Below, piece by piece: positions 61,643 to 64,000 of a stretch of DNA of 64,000 bases. The stretch is taken from assembly GCA_963758915.1 (NCBI GenBank), contig CAVWXH010000015.1:1-64000 (forward strand), in the 5' to 3' direction. The notes below the pieces were generated by a model that had not been told where the DNA came from, did no database searches, and was given only the letters and a program-made list of their open reading frames with translations. This DNA comes from an uncultured Methanomicrobiales archaeon (GTDB lineage: Archaea; Halobacteriota; Methanomicrobia; Methanomicrobiales; Methanospirillaceae). The position numbers were made by a program, and so were the translations under genes. The first letter of the stretch is position 1; each line of letters starts with the position of its first letter.

Positions 61643-62347
61643 ATGTGCGGGCGCTTCTCTATAGCCGTGAGGATTGGTTACCTGGCTGATCGCTTTGGCG
61701 TCCCTGAACCTGGAGGGGTCTCCCTGCCTTTGTACAATATCGCACCAGGGGAAGAAGTTCCTGTCATTGCCGGGTCCGGGAGCGCACAGTGTATCATCAT
61801 GCAATGGGGCCTTATTCCCTCATGGGCTAATAAGAAGAACGCCTCAGCGGCAGTGATAAATGCCAGGGCTGAGGGACTGAATGAAAAGAAACTGTTCCGG
61901 ACACTGCTCTCACATGGCCGATGTATCGTACCGGCATCAGGCTTTTATGAATGGAAAAAGTCAGGAGATCAGAAGTTCCCCTGTTACTTCAGGATGAAAA
62001 GCCAGGAGATTTTTGGCATGGCCGGACTTTGCGATTCCTGGAAGGCACCTGATGGCAGGATTGTATGGTCTTTCACCATTATCACTACCGGCCCGAATTC
62101 GCTGGTCCTCCCTGTCCATAACCGGATGCCGGCAGTGCTTAAACAAGAAGACGAAAAAACCTGGCTTAATCCGAAATTTGGTTCCTTTGAAGAACTGGCA
62201 CCATTGCTCAATCCATACCCGTCTGTTGGGATGGAACGATACCGGGTAACAAAAAAAGTGAACCAGCCATCGTTCAAATCAGATACCGCGGTTCAGGAAG
62301 AGATCCCTGTGACGAATACCCGCCTCAGTATGTGGGATAAAGAGTAG
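61643..62347 (+). CDS. SRAP/HMCES-family abasic-site protein (SOS response-associated peptidase)
   Basis: MCGRF, YNIAP, WGLIP, INARAE, GFYEW, HNRMP. Confidence 0.95.
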   Translation: MCGRFSIAVRIGYLADRFGVPEPGGVSLPLYNIAPGEEVPVIAGSGSAQCIIMQWGLIPSWANKKNASAAVINARAEGLNEKKLFRTLLSHGRCIVPASGFYEWKKSGDQKFPCYFRMKSQEIFGMAGLCDSWKAPDGRIVWSFTIITTGPNSLVLPVHNRMPAVLKQEDEKTWLNPKFGSFEELAPLLNPYPSVGMERYRVTKKVNQPSFKSDTAVQEEIPVTNTRLSMWDKE

Positions 62348-62494
62348 GTTCATTATTCATGCAGGGAACATGAACCGTTAGCTGGACCCGTTCGGGATAT
62401 CAGACACGAGGTATTCCAGAAATGCTTCTTTCCGGCGTTTGGCAATTATAGTAAATCCAGTCTGGACCAGGCAGACAGAAGGGAGATGATTGAT

Positions 62495-63100
62495 CTATCC
62501 GTTTTGTTTTTTTGCGATTTCCTCCCGTAATGTATCACGGGTGGACATGAGTTTTGCGATCTCTTCCCTGAAATTATCCACCTCAAACTGCTGCCTGTCG
62601 ATCTCCTTCTGAATATGCTGTATTGTATGAATGTTTTCGGGATCAGTCAATAACCGGTCTCTCTCCAGGCGGAGCCTCTCAAGGGCCGTCTCCATACCGT
62701 CGAGCTCAAACGCATTTTTCTCGATCTGGCAGGTCAGGTAGAGTACCTCGGCCTTGTCCAGGGGGTCATTCTTGTCTGGTCCGGCTTTTTGACCGAGGAG
62801 GAACTTCAGGTTATCCCGCTCGGTCTCCAGTTCGCGGACCTTTCGCTTCAGCTGTTCAACACTATCATGACAGTCCCCACCGGGATGCGGGGTATACACC
62901 TCTGCATGTACATACGCGGCATCAGGAGGGCAGGTACCATTTTTACATGCAGGGACTTCTTTCATTATGGACTGGCGCTGAACAAGAGATTCGTTTATTG
63001 CGTGGCTGATCCAGTCCCGGGGTTCAATCCCTTTCATCCTGGCATCTTCGATGATTCTCTTGTAGGTGGTATCATCAATTTTTGCCAGTAGTTCGTGCAT
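62495..63100 (-). CDS. Hypothetical protein with RHH-like N-terminus and coiled coil
   Basis: Strand-helix-helix-like first ~40 aa, a Cys/His linker, and a heptad-rich C-terminal half. Confidence 0.65.
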   Translation of the reverse strand: MHELLAKIDDTTYKRIIEDARMKGIEPRDWISHAINESLVQRQSIMKEVPACKNGTCPPDAAYVHAEVYTPHPGGDCHDSVEQLKRKVRELETERDNLKFLLGQKAGPDKNDPLDKAEVLYLTCQIEKNAFELDGMETALERLRLERDRLLTDPENIHTIQHIQKEIDRQQFEVDNFREEIAKLMSTRDTLREEIAKKQNG

Positions 63101-63280
63101 GAAGGAGTGTTATTGGCTGGGTTTTTAAGAATTACGATCTGTCCTGCCAGTTTTTGGTGCATTCATCAAAAAAACGATAATTATGAGAGGTTATCAAAAA
63201 AAGTGGATGATTTTTTCCACATCAATATCTCTAAAACCCAGGTCCCGGAATCAGAATCCAGCGAAATTGAAGATTTGCAA

Positions 63281-63629
63281 CTTTGTTGAAACCCTCTCAT
63301 CTGTCTTGCTGGTTTGGTTATTCCCAAGTATACCCGCGCTCCAGGGGCTTCGCCCCGCCACTGTGGCGGCCCCGGTTGGGATAGGTAATGACCTTTAAAT
63401 CTCTAGAAATTTTCAGCAATACGGCAGTTGAACCTTGCTCATAGGATATCGTGTTGGGTTGTGGCAGGGAGGGGGTGAAACCTCCTCCTGTCTACCTATT
63501 TTCTTTTTTTTAAAATATGCAGGTTTTCCCATTAAATACCTGAAAAGACCCCAATATATGGGTAATTTGAGCGAGAAGTGTTCATGGTCCGGGTGTGAAC
63601 GTCCCGTTCATAGATGTTTAACGAAACCC
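63281..63629 (+). repeat. Dispersed intergenic repeat, diverged copy C
   Basis: ccaggggcttcgccccgccactgtggcg, ggcagggagggggtgaaacc and gggtgtgaacgtcccgttcat occur in the same order as in 38240-38602. Confidence 0.72.
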
Positions 63630-63667
63630 AGATTTTTCCAAAATATACAAGGTGTACCTGGGTGACC

Positions 63668-63895
63668 CTACGAATCTATCCGGATAATCTGGACCGGGCA
63701 GAGGTCAGCGGCTTCCTGTACACAACCGGCGAGGCCCGCAGGAGCTTCACCAGTGCTGATACTTTTCTCTTTCCTGAACTCTTTCCTTACCATTGAGAAC
63801 GAATCGTCCGGATTTTCTTCAAAAAACAAAGGACATTCGGTCCAGCAGGACGCACAACTGATACAGCTTTCGCGATCTATGGTGACCTTTGGCAT
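63668..63895 (-). CDS. Monocluster ferredoxin
   Basis: CISCASCWTECP...AADLCPVQII. Confidence 0.92.
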   Translation of the reverse strand: MPKVTIDRESCISCASCWTECPLFFEENPDDSFSMVRKEFRKEKSISTGEAPAGLAGCVQEAADLCPVQIIRIDS

Positions 63896-64000
63896 GGTTA
63901 GAGGTACTCATCTGCGGCATTTAAGCTTCAGGGTAGACATTTCCTGGTCCTGGCCTCTCATTTTACGAGGAACTTACGCATGCCGAAATAAGTCGCAATT

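Overview
A 64-kb chromosomal segment from a hydrogenotrophic methanogenic archaeon, most consistent with Methanomicrobiales (Methanoregula/Methanolinea-like). Support: tfrAB, archaeal initiator tRNA, the Sm-rpl37e-purF and PUA-sepF-ZPR1 clusters, cbiMNQO, argC-CBS-argJ-argB, trpB2, acs and class II lysS. Most of the window is housekeeping genes, plus an oxidative-stress cluster (38.7-46.3 kb), an FHA/Ser-Thr kinase/PP2C operon, surface proteins, several frameshifted genes and a dispersed intergenic repeat. The standout is a ~140-nt 5' leader present twice, 30 kb apart (10141-10285 and 39961-40117), each copy in front of a different solute-uptake gene (a Na+/solute symporter with its small accessory protein, and a LivJ-like binding lipoprotein). 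Each copy has a TATA box at the same spacing, a short uORF ending in a Phe run (MSVT...DFLFFFR* and MSVT...SFFFFR*), and three base-paired stems, one with compensatory changes. It looks like a phenylalanine-sensing leader-peptide (attenuation-type) system in an archaeon. The mechanism and ligand are inferred, not shown. No CRISPR array, rRNA, transposase or integrase was seen.
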